A DNA stretch of 63,693 nucleotides, filler included, from Reticulomyxa filosa (taxonomy: Eukaryota > Protista > Foraminifera), in the NCBI GenBank assembly GCA_000512085.1. It is 17 parts of 17 records of this genome, joined end to end, with 100 filler letters (N's around TTAATTAATTAA, not from the genome) between each part and the next. Parts side by side here need not be neighbours in the genome. Positions count along the whole stretch, not along the records: positions 24,628 to 26,888 come from ASPP01018428.1; positions 26,989 to 29,522 come from ASPP01013719.1; positions 29,623 to 32,993 come from ASPP01024996.1; positions 33,094 to 34,256 come from ASPP01026481.1; positions 34,357 to 39,107 come from ASPP01006163.1; 12 more parts are not named here. One strand, written 5' to 3'. Within the stretch, counting starts at the first letter, position 1. Each line of letters opens with the position of its first letter. A program made the translations under genes and the position numbers. Positions 24,716-36,282 of the stretch are shown one piece after another. The notes beneath the pieces are model-generated. The model made no database searches. It had not been told where the DNA came from and saw nothing but the letters and a program-made list of their open reading frames with translations.

Positions 24716-25434
24716 GTGCCTCCAAAGTCTTTGGATGAGGAAGACATATCATTTTTAGAAGGTATCGAGCGAGAAGAAAAAGCACGTGAGGCTTTAAGAA
24801 AAAAGCAGATTCAACAAGACATTGACGAATTCAATGTTAACATGCAATCCAAAAAAAAAAATGATATATTGACTATGCATATAAATACTGTACAATTAAA
24901 AAAAATAAAAAAAATAAAAAAAAGAATGCAGTTCGTAATCGATTGATTAAAGAAGTGAGTGACAGCCATTTGAATGAAGATTCCACACAACCAATAGTAA
25001 CGGCGGTGAAAAAATCCAATAATCTCATCATTGCTCCGAGTGTTGCCGAAAAAAGTGGGGGTCATGACGACTTATTTAATGCGAATATTGTATTGAAAAA
25101 AAGAAGAAAAAAAAGATGGTAAAACAAAAAAGAGGACAAATCTCAACCATCACTTCCTCTTCCTTCTCTTCCTTCTCTTCCTTCTCTTCCTCAGTCAAAA
25201 TTGCCTCCACGTCATGACAAATCAAAGAATGCTGTGCTGCCACACTCCACTCATGACACTCCACAAACTGATATCAAGCCCACCACCATTGGTGTTAAGA
25301 GACAACAGCTTGAAGCTGATCAAAGTGATGCCATTACATCACATCAACCAGACTTATCTACAAAAAACTTGCCAAAAAACCCAAACTTAATCCTTCAGAA
25401 TGGGAAACTGATTCTCCTTAAAATCTTATTGTGA
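24716..25434 (+). CDS. PSME3IP1/FAM192A (NIP30)-like protein, 5'-truncated; 3' frame uncertain (possible pseudogene)
   Basis: PPKSLDEEDISFLEGIEREEKAREALRKKQIQQDIDEF matches the FAM192A/Fyv6 'LDEDE..FL' coiled segment. Downstream sequence is low-complexity. Confidence 0.55.
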
Positions 25435-27139
25435 TTACTTTTTATTTGAGGAGATACCAAGTAAGACGTTTGTTTCTCACTTTCTTCCACATATGTTTTA
25501 GTTCATCATCTCAACTAGTTTCAGCAGAATCTTAATACTAAATGAATCCGTCTTTTTTCCCATTAAAAAGTTTGAGAAAACCTCGTTTTTTTTTAAGTGG
25601 GTTAATGAACATTATTCGAGCTATTATTGAAATAACATTGAAATGAGATTTGCCATATAAACTACACGATTATCTTTCTTTAAGTAAAACAGGATGTGTG
25701 GTGTAAACCATTAATACTTTCATCAACAAAAAAGTAAAAGACACCACTTTCAATGAAAACAATTTCATTGTTAAACACTCAGACACTACAAAAAAGATGT
25801 TTACAAAGTATAAATAATAGAAACTCTTCTTTGTCTTCTTTGTAAAATCAAGGAACAATAAAGAAAAAAAAAAGTCAAAAAAAAATGGTTTCTGTTTCGG
25901 TCCTGCAACTCCCAATATTCGGGTTAATGTCCGATATTCATACTTTCAAAATTCTTCTGGTTTCCAACGAATGATTTTTTCTTTTTTGTTTGTTAATGAA
26001 TCCAATTGTTTAAAGATATCTGTTTCTGTAGAAATAATCATTATTTTTGATTGAGCATATTGGAATTGGCTTTCGTTGTCAGGCAAAGCTGTAGCATTTG
26101 CTTCAATTTTTTGGTACATTTGGCTTATCATCAATTTGCTGCTTGTAGCTATACATAATACTTTAAAGAAAAAAACAAACAACAAATGAATTTAAATTGC
26201 TTAGAAAAGAAAAAGAAAAAAAAAAAATTTTAACTTGAACCACTTTGATCACATTTTGCTATTGATAGATTTTCACAGCCACAAATAAACAAACAAATAT
26301 TGATTGAATAAATTAAAAAATGAAAGTAAAGATAGAATAATTATTACATATTGATATCTTCTTTCAAATATATTTGAATTAATGGAGCATTCAATAAAAT
26401 CCAATCCAATATTACTTCACTAAAAATTATATTGGAAAAACAATAAAATCACTAATCAAATTCAAATTTTATATTTTTCCATCAAATCTAAAATGCTTCA
26501 ATACAATTATGATTTATGACATTGGGAGTCACATACTAACACCTTATCTATGTATATATGATTTTATATAACTAACTTTGGATGCGTTGTAAATTAGAAA
26601 CATGTAATAATATTCCATGGCGTTGGTGAAGTGGATATGCATTTACTATGTCTGTCTATTATATTCATCAGTCTTGTTCTGTAGGACTTGGATACATTTT
26701 GCTTCATAATAAGTATTCTTACAAATACTCAGCATCCTTTCATTTTTTACTTGAAATAGTACACACGCCACTGGTACTGTTTATCAATATTTTTGTCAAT
26801 ACTTTCTTTTCCTTTTCATTTACCATATTTTCATCAACTTCTTATTATTCTCTATCTTCTTCTTTCTTTATACTTCTTCCTTCTTTTTNNNNNNNNNNNN
26901 NNNNNNNNNNNNNNNNNNNNNNNNNNNNNNNNTTAATTAATTAANNNNNNNNNNNNNNNNNNNNNNNNNNNNNNNNNNNNNNNNNNNNCACCTCTGCAGA
27001 CTGTGTGGCTCACCTCCCCCGGGGAAGTCGCATGATCGTCGTGCTGACAAGGTTCTCAGGCTGGCTTCTACGTGCGCCGATGCGCTGGCACTGTCGACCG
27101 CACGACTACGGGACGCTGGGATTCACTGATCCTATAATT

Positions 27140-28081
27140 TTAGGTTTGTGACCGAAGACGTGATGACAAGGTCTTGGCCGCCTTGCCGACACAGTCGATG
27201 AGGCGCATCAAGACGGGTGAGGAGGCTTGGATCTTCGAGTGGTAAAGGCAGGTTCTTAGCGCGATGCGGGGGCGAAAACGACGCATCACGACACCAGGAA
27301 AGATATCCTGCGCCATCGTAAGTGAATTCATCAAGCCGATACCCACATTCCGCTGGACCAGACTGCACACGCCAACTGCGTTCGCCGCCACGATAGGCGT
27401 GATATAGGGCACACCCGCTGCCTGAAAGGCGGCGCCGATCAGCTGCGTCGTTGCGGAACTATCTGCAAGGCCGATCAGTGACTGATCCGAGAGATCTCGC
27501 GCGCGAATGACGTCTCGTTTCGCTAATGGGTGACTTTCGGGAAGAATGACCACCATTGCGGTCTCGCACAGGTCCCGGACGGAGCAGAGTCGCAAGACCC
27601 GAGCATCAATGTCGCGCACGATGGGTGTGCCAATGCCGACATCAACTTCGTTGGCAGCTACCTTGTCCAGGAGATGCCTTGTCGTATCGATTTCGACCTC
27701 CAGTCGCACATCGGGCCAGTTGGCGTGAAACTCAGCGATTGCAGCCGGCAAGATGGAGAGAAGTGCCGGACCTGCCACGCCCATGACGATGCGACCAATG
27801 TCGCCGCCGCGGAGCGCGATTGCGGCATGCCGGGCCCGATCGAGATGATCGACGGCGCGTTGCGCGAAGGGCAGAAATCGCTCGGCTTCCGGCGTGGCCG
27901 CCAAGCGCCCCTTGACGTTGCGAAACAAGGTGAGGCCAGTGTCTCGCTCGAGGCTGCGCAAGCTCTTGCTGACGGCGGCCATCGAGATTCCCAGTTTGTC
28001 CGCCGCCTCTGCCATATTTCGGCTGAGGATCATGGTCAGGAAGATCTCGCAGTGGCGGGTGGAAAGTGAGCTGGTCGACAT
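27140..28081 (-). CDS. Bacterial LysR-type transcriptional regulator
   Basis: HTH RHCEIFLTMILSRNMAEAADKLGISMAAVSKSLRSLERDTGLTLF.N..GRL..TPEA followed by a substrate-binding domain. Probable start is MSTSS at 28081. Confidence 0.95.
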   Translation of the reverse strand: MSTSSLSTRHCEIFLTMILSRNMAEAADKLGISMAAVSKSLRSLERDTGLTLFRNVKGRLAATPEAERFLPFAQRAVDHLDRARHAAIALRGGDIGRIVMGVAGPALLSILPAAIAEFHANWPDVRLEVEIDTTRHLLDKVAANEVDVGIGTPIVRDIDARVLRLCSVRDLCETAMVVILPESHPLAKRDVIRARDLSDQSLIGLADSSATTQLIGAAFQAAGVPYITPIVAANAVGVCSLVQRNVGIGLMNSLTMAQDIFPGVVMRRFRPRIALRTCLYHSKIQASSPVLMRLIDCVGKAAKTLSSRLRSQT

Positions 28082-28133
28082 ATCCTGTTCCTGGTTGGCA
28101 GATACACCAACAGCAAGTGTGGGCCCGGCCAAG

Positions 28134-28148
28134 TTAACCATAAGTTAA
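28134..28148. promoter_or_regulatory. Putative LysR recognition site TTAAC-N5-GTTAA (contains T-N11-A)
   Basis: Perfect inverted repeat in the intergenic region between the divergent LysR and cupin genes. Confidence 0.65.
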
Positions 28149-28218
28149 GTCTGTATTGCTTGCGCTTCGCGGCGCGGATGCATTTTATCCCTCCACGACT
28201 TATGAGAGGGAGCGGCTG

Positions 28219-29178
28219 ATGCCCGACGCCAACCTTGCTTCGTCCGCCGCCACCGACTTGGCGGACGGTATGCAAAGCTACATCGGCCGTTACACCGAGA
28301 AGACTTTCGACTGGGATGCTTTCCCGGGTAGTCGCGGCTTTCCCGATCTGGAGCGTGCCCAGATGCGCTACATCGGTGCTGGCGGCTCTCCCAAGACTAG
28401 CGATCCACACACGTTGAAGGCCGGGCACTTCACCTTCAGCATGGTCAACTTGCCAGTCGGCAAGTTCGCGGCTTCACACAGCCACGAGGTCGCCGAGCAT
28501 TTCATGGTCTTGCAGGGCGTGCTGACCGTGGGGTGGGTGTGGGGCGATGAGGTGATTGAGGCTAAGCTCGGTCCAAAAGACCTTGTGCTGAACACGCTCG
28601 GCCGTCCGCATGGGTTCCGGAACGACGGCATCGAGCCGGTATTGATGCAGATCACTGTGGGCAGTGGCACCCCTCTCGCTCCCGTTTACGTCTGTCATCC
28701 AAAGGACAAGGACCTCGAAATTGCGCGTGCCTTCGGGGCGCCGGGTCGAGACAAGGTCCATGCGCTGCAACTTGACGGCAGCGACTGGCGACATCGTGAG
28801 ATGGCGACGCATATCCGGCGCTATCGGGATCTTACGCCGGTGTGGAATGATGCTGGCTTTGCGACCATGACTTACGTCGGCGAGAAGGCGGTGCCACCAC
28901 AGCGCTATCGCATGGACCTCGTCCATCTGCCCCGTGGGGCCTCGATCGCGCCGTACCAGCGAGACGTGGAGGACACCTACTTCGTCATTGAGGGTGTGAT
29001 CACGGTAGGCTGGGAGGAGAAAGGCCAGGTCGTGGAGAAGCGGCTTGGACCACGCGACTTGATCCTCAATCCGGCCGGTCGGGCGCACTATTTCCGCAAC
29101 GACGGCGCGTCCGATGCAGAGTTCTCGATGGTTGTCGGGACGCCCGATCCCGAGTCGGTCGTCTTCGAGGCGACGTGA
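28219..29178 (+). CDS. Bacterial bicupin (two cupin-2 domains)
   Basis: Domain 1 has SHSHEVAEHFMVLQG...PHGFRNDG. Domain 2 has PYQRDVEDTYFVIEG...AHYFRNDG. RBS-like GAGAGGGA precedes ATG 28219. Confidence 0.9.
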   Translation: MPDANLASSAATDLADGMQSYIGRYTEKTFDWDAFPGSRGFPDLERAQMRYIGAGGSPKTSDPHTLKAGHFTFSMVNLPVGKFAASHSHEVAEHFMVLQGVLTVGWVWGDEVIEAKLGPKDLVLNTLGRPHGFRNDGIEPVLMQITVGSGTPLAPVYVCHPKDKDLEIARAFGAPGRDKVHALQLDGSDWRHREMATHIRRYRDLTPVWNDAGFATMTYVGEKAVPPQRYRMDLVHLPRGASIAPYQRDVEDTYFVIEGVITVGWEEKGQVVEKRLGPRDLILNPAGRAHYFRNDGASDAEFSMVVGTPDPESVVFEAT

Positions 29179-29522
29179 TCTTGGCGCACACGGTTTCGCG
29201 CGAGGTCGCGATTGGAAACTCCGTTCTCACCTACAGCGAGGCGGGCAGCGAGGCAAAGGGCGGTGGGCCGATCGTCTTTCTGCACGGCATCGGGTCGGCT
29301 GCGCGCGCCTTCGACGATCAGCTCACGGGCCTATCTGACCAATGGCGCATCATTGCCTGGGATGCGCCGGGCTACGGCGGTTCGACCTGTCTCGAGCCCG
29401 ACTCACCGAAAACCAGCGACTACGGAACAGTGGTGGGCGCCATGCTCGACGCGCTGGGCATCCCGGCCTGCCATCTGGTCGGACATTCGCTCGGCGCTCT
29501 GATTGCCGCATCGTTCGCGGCA
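29175..29522 (+). CDS. Bacterial alpha/beta-fold hydrolase, 3'-truncated
   Basis: VFLHGIGS oxyanion loop, AWDAPGYGGS and GHSLG nucleophile elbow. The GTG start overlaps the cupin TGA (GTGA), indicating an operon. Confidence 0.92.
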
Positions 29523-31546
29523 NNNNNNNNNNNNNNNNNNNNNNNNNNNNNNNNNNNNNNNNNNNNTTAATTAATTAANNNNNNNNNNNNNNNNNNNNNN
29601 NNNNNNNNNNNNNNNNNNNNNNCGTCAAAAAAAATAAAGGAAATTAATTATATCAATAGCCTTATTATTATTTAACTCGAATTGCTTAATAAAAAAAAGG
29701 GTGATTTTTAAACTGAATCAAAAAAGTGTTATACATAATAAATTGTTTGCAAGTGCCAACAAGAAAACTATTCTTTATTATCTTTCTATATTCCTTTGTG
29801 AAGTGATTATTCTTTATTAACTGTTTGATACTTTTTTAGAAGTACGATTTTTTTTAAACTGCTCACTTTTTACATGGTTTTAAAAAGTTTTGTATAAAGA
29901 ATCATTTTTTAAAGGGTAGAGTTTCTTAAAACAACTTTTTAAAAATAATGGAATAAATTACATTAATTCAGCAATATGCTGTTCTTCTTTTTGACTAAAT
30001 GAGCTGCTTTTTGGATATCTTCCATACTGGAGGTGTTGGTAGCTTGTTCCATGACTCGTTTCCAACAAGCATACTTGGTGCAAATGTCGCTTCCAATTTG
30101 GTAGACATTTATTTCTTACGTTTTTAATGTGTTCCTTACTGTAGAGAATCTGGAGCGAGAAAGCATGCTTTTAAGAAAAGTAATGAGTTTTTGAATTTTA
30201 AATTAAAAAGAAAATTGCAATATTTGGAGTCATACTGACTCCATTGTGACGTAAGTAGTGTCACTACATTATCTTCTTTTGTGATTGTTTTTGTTGATTT
30301 GGTCGTTCCTTTTTTTGACAAACTTTTTTTAATAAAAAATTTATTTTAAATTCATCTGGCAGTCTCCACGCCACTGTCGATAAGTGGACTTATTCCAATC
30401 TTTTCTTTCTTCAGATAGAATTAATGTTGTACCGATTTCAGAATTGTCTGTCATTTTTCTGTTAAACAAAAGTTATTGAATTCTTGACGAAACAAGAAAT
30501 TATTTTTTTCACAAACAAGTAAATTGGTACATCATTTTTTTTCTGTTTTCCAATAGTGTAATTCTTTTGTAACTGCAATCTAAATGCCACCTTATGAAGA
30601 TTATATACAATCTGAAGAAGTACAAATTTGAAAATATCATCTTAAAAAAAATTAATAAAAAAATTTTTTTCGAAAAACAGTTGAAATACTTGGGAAGATG
30701 TAGATGATGACAATTATTGTGAAAATGGTAATATTAATATGTATGAACATGACACATCACAGAATATTCGGAATCATGGCGAAAAAGAGATAAGACAATT
30801 TCAAGATTATGAATCATTGTAGGAAAAGTAATAACAATGACTCCAGAAATACAAATAAGAGAGCCACAAAAAAAAGGAAAAGAATAAAAATATTTTGTTT
30901 TAACTTGTATACGTATCAATATACACGTTTTTTTTAATGTATGCGCGTTTCTTCATGTATGTACGTTTCTTCAAGTATACGTTTTCTTTTTTTTTAAGTA
31001 TCAGCACTTGAGCATAATAATTTCAATTTTCAATGTTTCTTTTGAAATATTCAAATATAATCAAAACAATTGAAATTTTGATGAATCTTTTAAAAAAAGT
31101 TTATAAGTACTATTTTTGAAAAATGATATTTCAAATATTAAATAGAATTTCTGTTTGAATTAACTCTGATAATAAAGTATAGTATCTCCACAAAAAAAAA
31201 CATTACAAATTTATTAATTTTTTTTAAAAAATGCTTAAATAATAAAAAAAGTTTTGTTGTTCTTAAGAAGAAAAACCTCTTTTTTTATAAATAATAATAG
31301 CAATATCTGTTTTGAGAAAAAAGGAATGCAATGATTGTATCTTAACTAATAATGGAATATCTTTTTAGGGGAGAGGTTCCAATTTTAAAGAAATTTTTTT
31401 TTTTGGGATAAAAGAGCTTTAATATAGGAAGTATATATTTTTGGGAGATAATTTTTTAAAAAGTTTTTTTTTTGTTAAAGGATGGGAAAAAGGTTTTAAG
31501 TTTTTGTTGTTAAAGAAAAATTTAAGAAAAACTTTTTTTTAAAAAA

Positions 31547-32225
31547 ATGGCAAAAAAAGCAGACGATTCAAACTCAAGTGACATGATATACTTGTTGAAC
31601 AATGGAAAATAAAAAATTTAATTAAACACTTGCCACAAGCACAAGGAAACGGAACATCAATAATATCATTAGTAATACCACCAAAAGATCAAATATCCAG
31701 AATACAAAAAATGTTACAAAATGGACATGAAATATCGTCAAATATAAGATCAAGAGTAAATCGTTTATCTGTGTTATCAGCTATAAATAAAGTACCTAAA
31801 AATGGTTTATATTGTGGTACAGTAATGATAGATGATGGAAAAGAAAAAAAATGTCAATATTTTGAACCTTTAAACATATAAACACATTATTATATTTACG
31901 TGATAATAAATTTCATGTAGGTCCATTAAATGAATTATTAGAAAGTGATGCTACATTGGTTTTATAATAATAGATAGTAATGGCGGTAGTACATGTAATA
32001 TATATTACAAAAATGCCAGTAGAATTACCTAAAAAGCATGGTAGATTTGGATAATCATCAGCACGTTTTGCTAGATTACGTATGAAAAAAAGACATAATT
32101 ATTATACGTAAATGTGCAGAAACTGCTACACAACGTATTTTATAATAAATAATGGATTTAATGCAAGAAATTGCTAATGATACTAATAAATATTGATTTA
32201 GTTATCGTAATACTGTTCAACAAGA
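31547..32225 (+). pseudogene. ETF1: Eukaryotic release factor 1 (eRF1) pseudogene
   Basis: [53 protein letters not shown] and LPKKHGRFG*SSARFARLR. Several frameshifts and deletions; the GGQ Gln codon is TAA at 32052. Confidence 0.92.
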
Positions 32226-32619
32226 TGATTGATGCAACCTAGAATTATTACTACGATACGACATTCACATACTTATTCTTTCAAATAAAATTCCTTGTTG
32301 TATTCCAGACAGCTTGTGGGTCATCACTAGAAGCCAAATAATAATAAAAACAAAAAACTTGTTGGAATGTTGAAAAAGAAAAGTTTATATATAAAATTGT
32401 GACCTCAACTAAAGTAAGTCCAACATGAAAACTACCCCCTTCCAATTATTTTTGAAAATCTTTTTCTTCAAATAACTTTTCTAAATTGTTTTTACAAACT
32501 ACTTATAAAAGTGTAAACGTATATCCAGTAAACCAGAAAAAATAATCACTATTTGCTACTAAAATTTTCGTTAGAAAAACAAAAAGTTCATATTTTAGGA
32601 TTGGCTGATTTTTTTTTGT

Positions 32620-32993
32620 CACAACTGTAATCTTATTATAGCTAGTGATAAATAACAAATGATTGTCGCTTCCACCAATCACTGCACGCGCTCCAAAATA
32701 ATTTTCAGATTAATTCCAATATCACTTGGACGATTGTTATTATCTATGAAAGGAATCCATTGATTGTAATTGTTTAATTTTTTTGGTTTTTTTGATTTAT
32801 TGTTATTACTCCAAACACTTGTATATCCATTATCAATGTGTGGTTATATAATCCACCAAAAGACAACAAAGTGATCTTATTTTTATATTTGTTATTATGT
32901 ACAAGTTTTACTACACAGTGTCCATATAATCCAACGTCATTTGGATACAACAAATAAACTTATATTTGTTTTTGAGTGTATGATAAGAATAAC
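32620..32993 (-). pseudogene. Kelch-like repeat protein pseudogene fragment
   Basis: NKYKFICC..NDVGLYGHCVVKLV...ITLLSFGG, NYNQWIPFIDN and IGGSDNHLLFIT, with frame breaks. Recalled as an expanded kelch-like family in Reticulomyxa. Confidence 0.6.
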
Positions 32994-33311
32994 NNNNNNN
33001 NNNNNNNNNNNNNNNNNNNNNNNNNNNNNNNNNNNNNTTAATTAATTAANNNNNNNNNNNNNNNNNNNNNNNNNNNNNNNNNNNNNNNNNNNNCTTTCCC
33101 TTTTTTTCCAATATCCTTTTTTTTCCTCCCTTATTGATCACTTTTTTCCCTCCCCTTGTTAAAATAAATAAAATAGTTTGCAGGATCTTTGCCGATCTTT
33201 TTTCCTGTGTGAAAAACACTAACAAAATTTTTTTTGAAGGGGGGGGGGGGATAAATTAAATAAAGAAAAAACAAAAATATGTATATGTATGTATATTTTT
33301 TTTCTTTGCGA

Positions 33312-33720
33312 GGGGGAATCCCTATGACATCAAGTACACACATAATCACATTGTATAGCAAAAGGATTAATCATGAATAAATAAAAACATACAAACCTTT
33401 ATTTATTTTTTCACATGCGGGGTAGAGTTCAACCCCAGTTTGTTTTGTGTGTGTGTGGTACAGGGGCATAACATGGAACAATCTTTAGTGCAGTGGGGGA
33501 ATTCCTATTCAAACACACAACAAGTTATTATTTTTTAAAAAAGAAAAAATAAAACAAACCTTATTTTCTCCTTTCGGAGACGGGGTGGTCTTCTACCCCT
33601 TATCTTCTTTTTTTTTCATCACAGCGGGACCTATTATAAACAATACACAAATCATAATGTCACATTTTTTTATTTATTTATGTATACTTCTTTTAAAAAT
33701 TTATAACGTATATATAAAAA
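33312..33720. repeat. Dispersed palindrome-rich element, copy 2 (hairpins at 33567-33580 and 33582-33599)
   Basis: Collinear homology with 5078-5760 and the same two-subunit internal organisation. Confidence 0.85.
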
Positions 33721-34377
33721 AAAGAACAGTTTATACCTGGAAAAAATGTGTAGGCAAGTCAGCAGCATGTTGTGAGAAGGCGGGGCGTATAAAATATTTT
33801 GTGGCTAGTCGACGCTGGAGAGATTGTGGTGATTCGCAATTGAAGTTTGAATTAGAAGTTGCGAAACACTTCTTTGGATAATGCGCGAACCACCTGAAGA
33901 TAGAAAAAAGGCAATCAGCCTTTTCATCTGGAAATTGGAATACGTTGGAGGCTTCGATTGCATTGTCAATGTTGTAAGTAGCATGGGGGGGTCAGTCATA
34001 TATATCCACCAACAATATTTTCCAGTGTTGAGATCTCCCCCCAATCATGAAGCATTTGTTCTTGATTGTACTTTCCACCAATTGCTCAACGCTTTAAATA
34101 TCATTTTCAACAAGCGGAGCATATTACATTTGTTCGAACAGGTCATAGTCTATGTTATGTTTTAAATACCAAATCAACATTTTTTTTTAATAAAAAAAAA
34201 ATAATAGATTTCTTTTTTTTGTTACTAACTGGACATTTGTTTCGCCGACGCCATTGNNNNNNNNNNNNNNNNNNNNNNNNNNNNNNNNNNNNNNNNNNNN
34301 TTAATTAATTAANNNNNNNNNNNNNNNNNNNNNNNNNNNNNNNNNNNNNNNNNNNNATATATATATATATAAAAAGA

Positions 34378-34831
34378 GTCGGAAAAAATGGAGTTGCAAA
34401 TGTTGAAAGAGGAACTCGACAACAAGGAAAATGGCAATGATGCTAGTGGTAAGACTGACGATGATGACAATGAGAGCGAGAAGAAAGAGACGAGAAAAGA
34501 TAGTGATAATGAGACTGGCTATGCGAGGGGTTGCTGTGGCCATTACCACGATTTGAAAAACCTGTTTGTGTCCATTTTCAGCTGCTGCAAGCATCGCTCC
34601 ACTCAAGTCAAGCCTGGCAAATTCATTGTGAATGACACTGAAAAGTGCCGAGTTTTAAAATCTTATGACTTTATTTTTGCCTATCCTTTAGCTGTTTCCA
34701 TTGGATTGGTTTCCATACTTTTGATCTTGCTTATTCCTACCGCTTTCATTGCAGCCATTGCCGTAGTTGGTATGTCTCTATTTTTATTTTTTTATTTTTT
34801 TTTTTAAAAAAAAAAAAAAAAGGGAGCTCCA

Positions 34832-34866
<35 letters not shown>

Positions 34867-35532
34867 TCTCACTCTCTTTCTTTTTTTTCTCTTAAATAAC
34901 GAAAATAAATATATAAATAAATAAAAGTGGATCGTGGTTTGTGGACGCAGTTTTGGGAGTTTACAAGATGGCTATTGTTGAAACTGTTGAATATATTTGG
35001 CCCGATTGTAATGTTGAAATTATTTGACAAGTTTGTGATTCGAGATACAACCGCCACGATTTTGCGAAACAAACGTATCCGATGTTTTAGTATCGTGTCC
35101 GTGCTGGATACGTCAGGGATGATGGGTGCATCTTTCGCAATGGGTGTATATGACGTGTTAATTGGACGGGTGTGGTATGCACTGTATATTTTGACGTCGC
35201 ATTTGCTAAAGCCTTACCAATCGGTGTTGCCGAGTCAATACCATTTAAGTGATGACGTATACCACAGCTATGTATCGACGGTGGCGTTGATGTCATTAAG
35301 TTTATTGGAAAACAAAGAACAACGGAGGCAGTTTTTATGGAGTGAAGAGTTTGAACGCAGTGCTTTTTTTTTGGAAAAAAACAAGAGTTACGTATCCACT
35401 CCAAAACGCACACACTCCGTGCTCTGCTGCTGTCGCAACCGAGCCCGCTCTCGTAAACCTATTCTCTCTCCTTTGACTAAATTCAGTAAGTACTCTGTTG
35501 AGTTTGGAAGCCAACGTGAATTTTCATTGTAA
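34378..35532 (+). CDS. Multi-pass membrane protein C-terminal part, weakly STRA6-like; 2 exons, 5'-truncated
   Basis: Several hydrophobic helices. LRNKRIRCFSI...GV..VLIGRVWY...KP..SVLP...DDVYHSYVS resembles the spacing of the STRA6 C-terminal region. The coding call is firm, the family call is weak. Confidence 0.5.
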
Positions 35533-36282
35533 TATCTAACATTAGTTTCTTTGCTACTTTTCATTCTCCCTTTCTATAAACTGACTCCAAATCAAATAAC
35601 GCTCTTCGTTTTTTTTTTTTTTTTTTTTACGAAATTTTGATAATTAATAGGGACTTTGGTTATCATTAATTGTTTTCAATTTAATGTTTTGTTTTTTTTC
35701 TTTGTGGACGAGTTCATTAAAGTAGGTGGGGACGTTTACGTTTTTTTTTGTTTTGTTTTTGCTCGATTAATCCGAATTTGAATAAGTTTTTTTTTTTTGG
35801 GAAACGCATTAAATTCGTGTGTGTATTAAGGTTTATGTGTGTTGGCGTTGTTGTGTTGAGATTGATGACAAACCGCCAAATTCAAAATATTCAAGACCCT
35901 ATCGGCATACTTTTGTTACATGTTTACGTTTTTTTATTAATTATTATTTGTTTGGGTGAAATGACAATTTTCTCGCGCAAGAAAAAAGACATGCAAGTCG
36001 TAGACAATTTGTGACTGTAAATTGCACTGCAAAAATGCTACTTTAATGCCTCGAAATCCTCTCACTTTGAAATTTGCCGTTATCAAACAATCAGGAAAAC
36101 TCTTGCCGAAACTTAAACATTTTATTTTTTTATCGTTTTACTGCTGTAATTAATAACACTGGCACATAATTTTTTGCTTTTCCATTTCGTCAGTTTGATT
36201 CACTGCCTTTTTCGTCGGTCTGTTTTTTTTTTTAGTTGTCAGGTAGCACTCTGGCAAACTAAGTGAACGTCAACATTTAAAT

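Noticed and set aside
25670-26888. Minus-strand coding remnants
   Set aside because: Multiple stops and no recognisable family; probably a decayed duplicate but unsupported.
27530-29088. Long antisense or overlapping ORFs in the bacterial contig
   Set aside because: Expected shadow ORFs of GC-rich genes with no recognisable motifs.
26889-29622. Horizontal transfer or genomic island of bacterial genes into the protist chromosome
   Set aside because: The bacterial DNA is its own contig between spacers, with no junction to host sequence.
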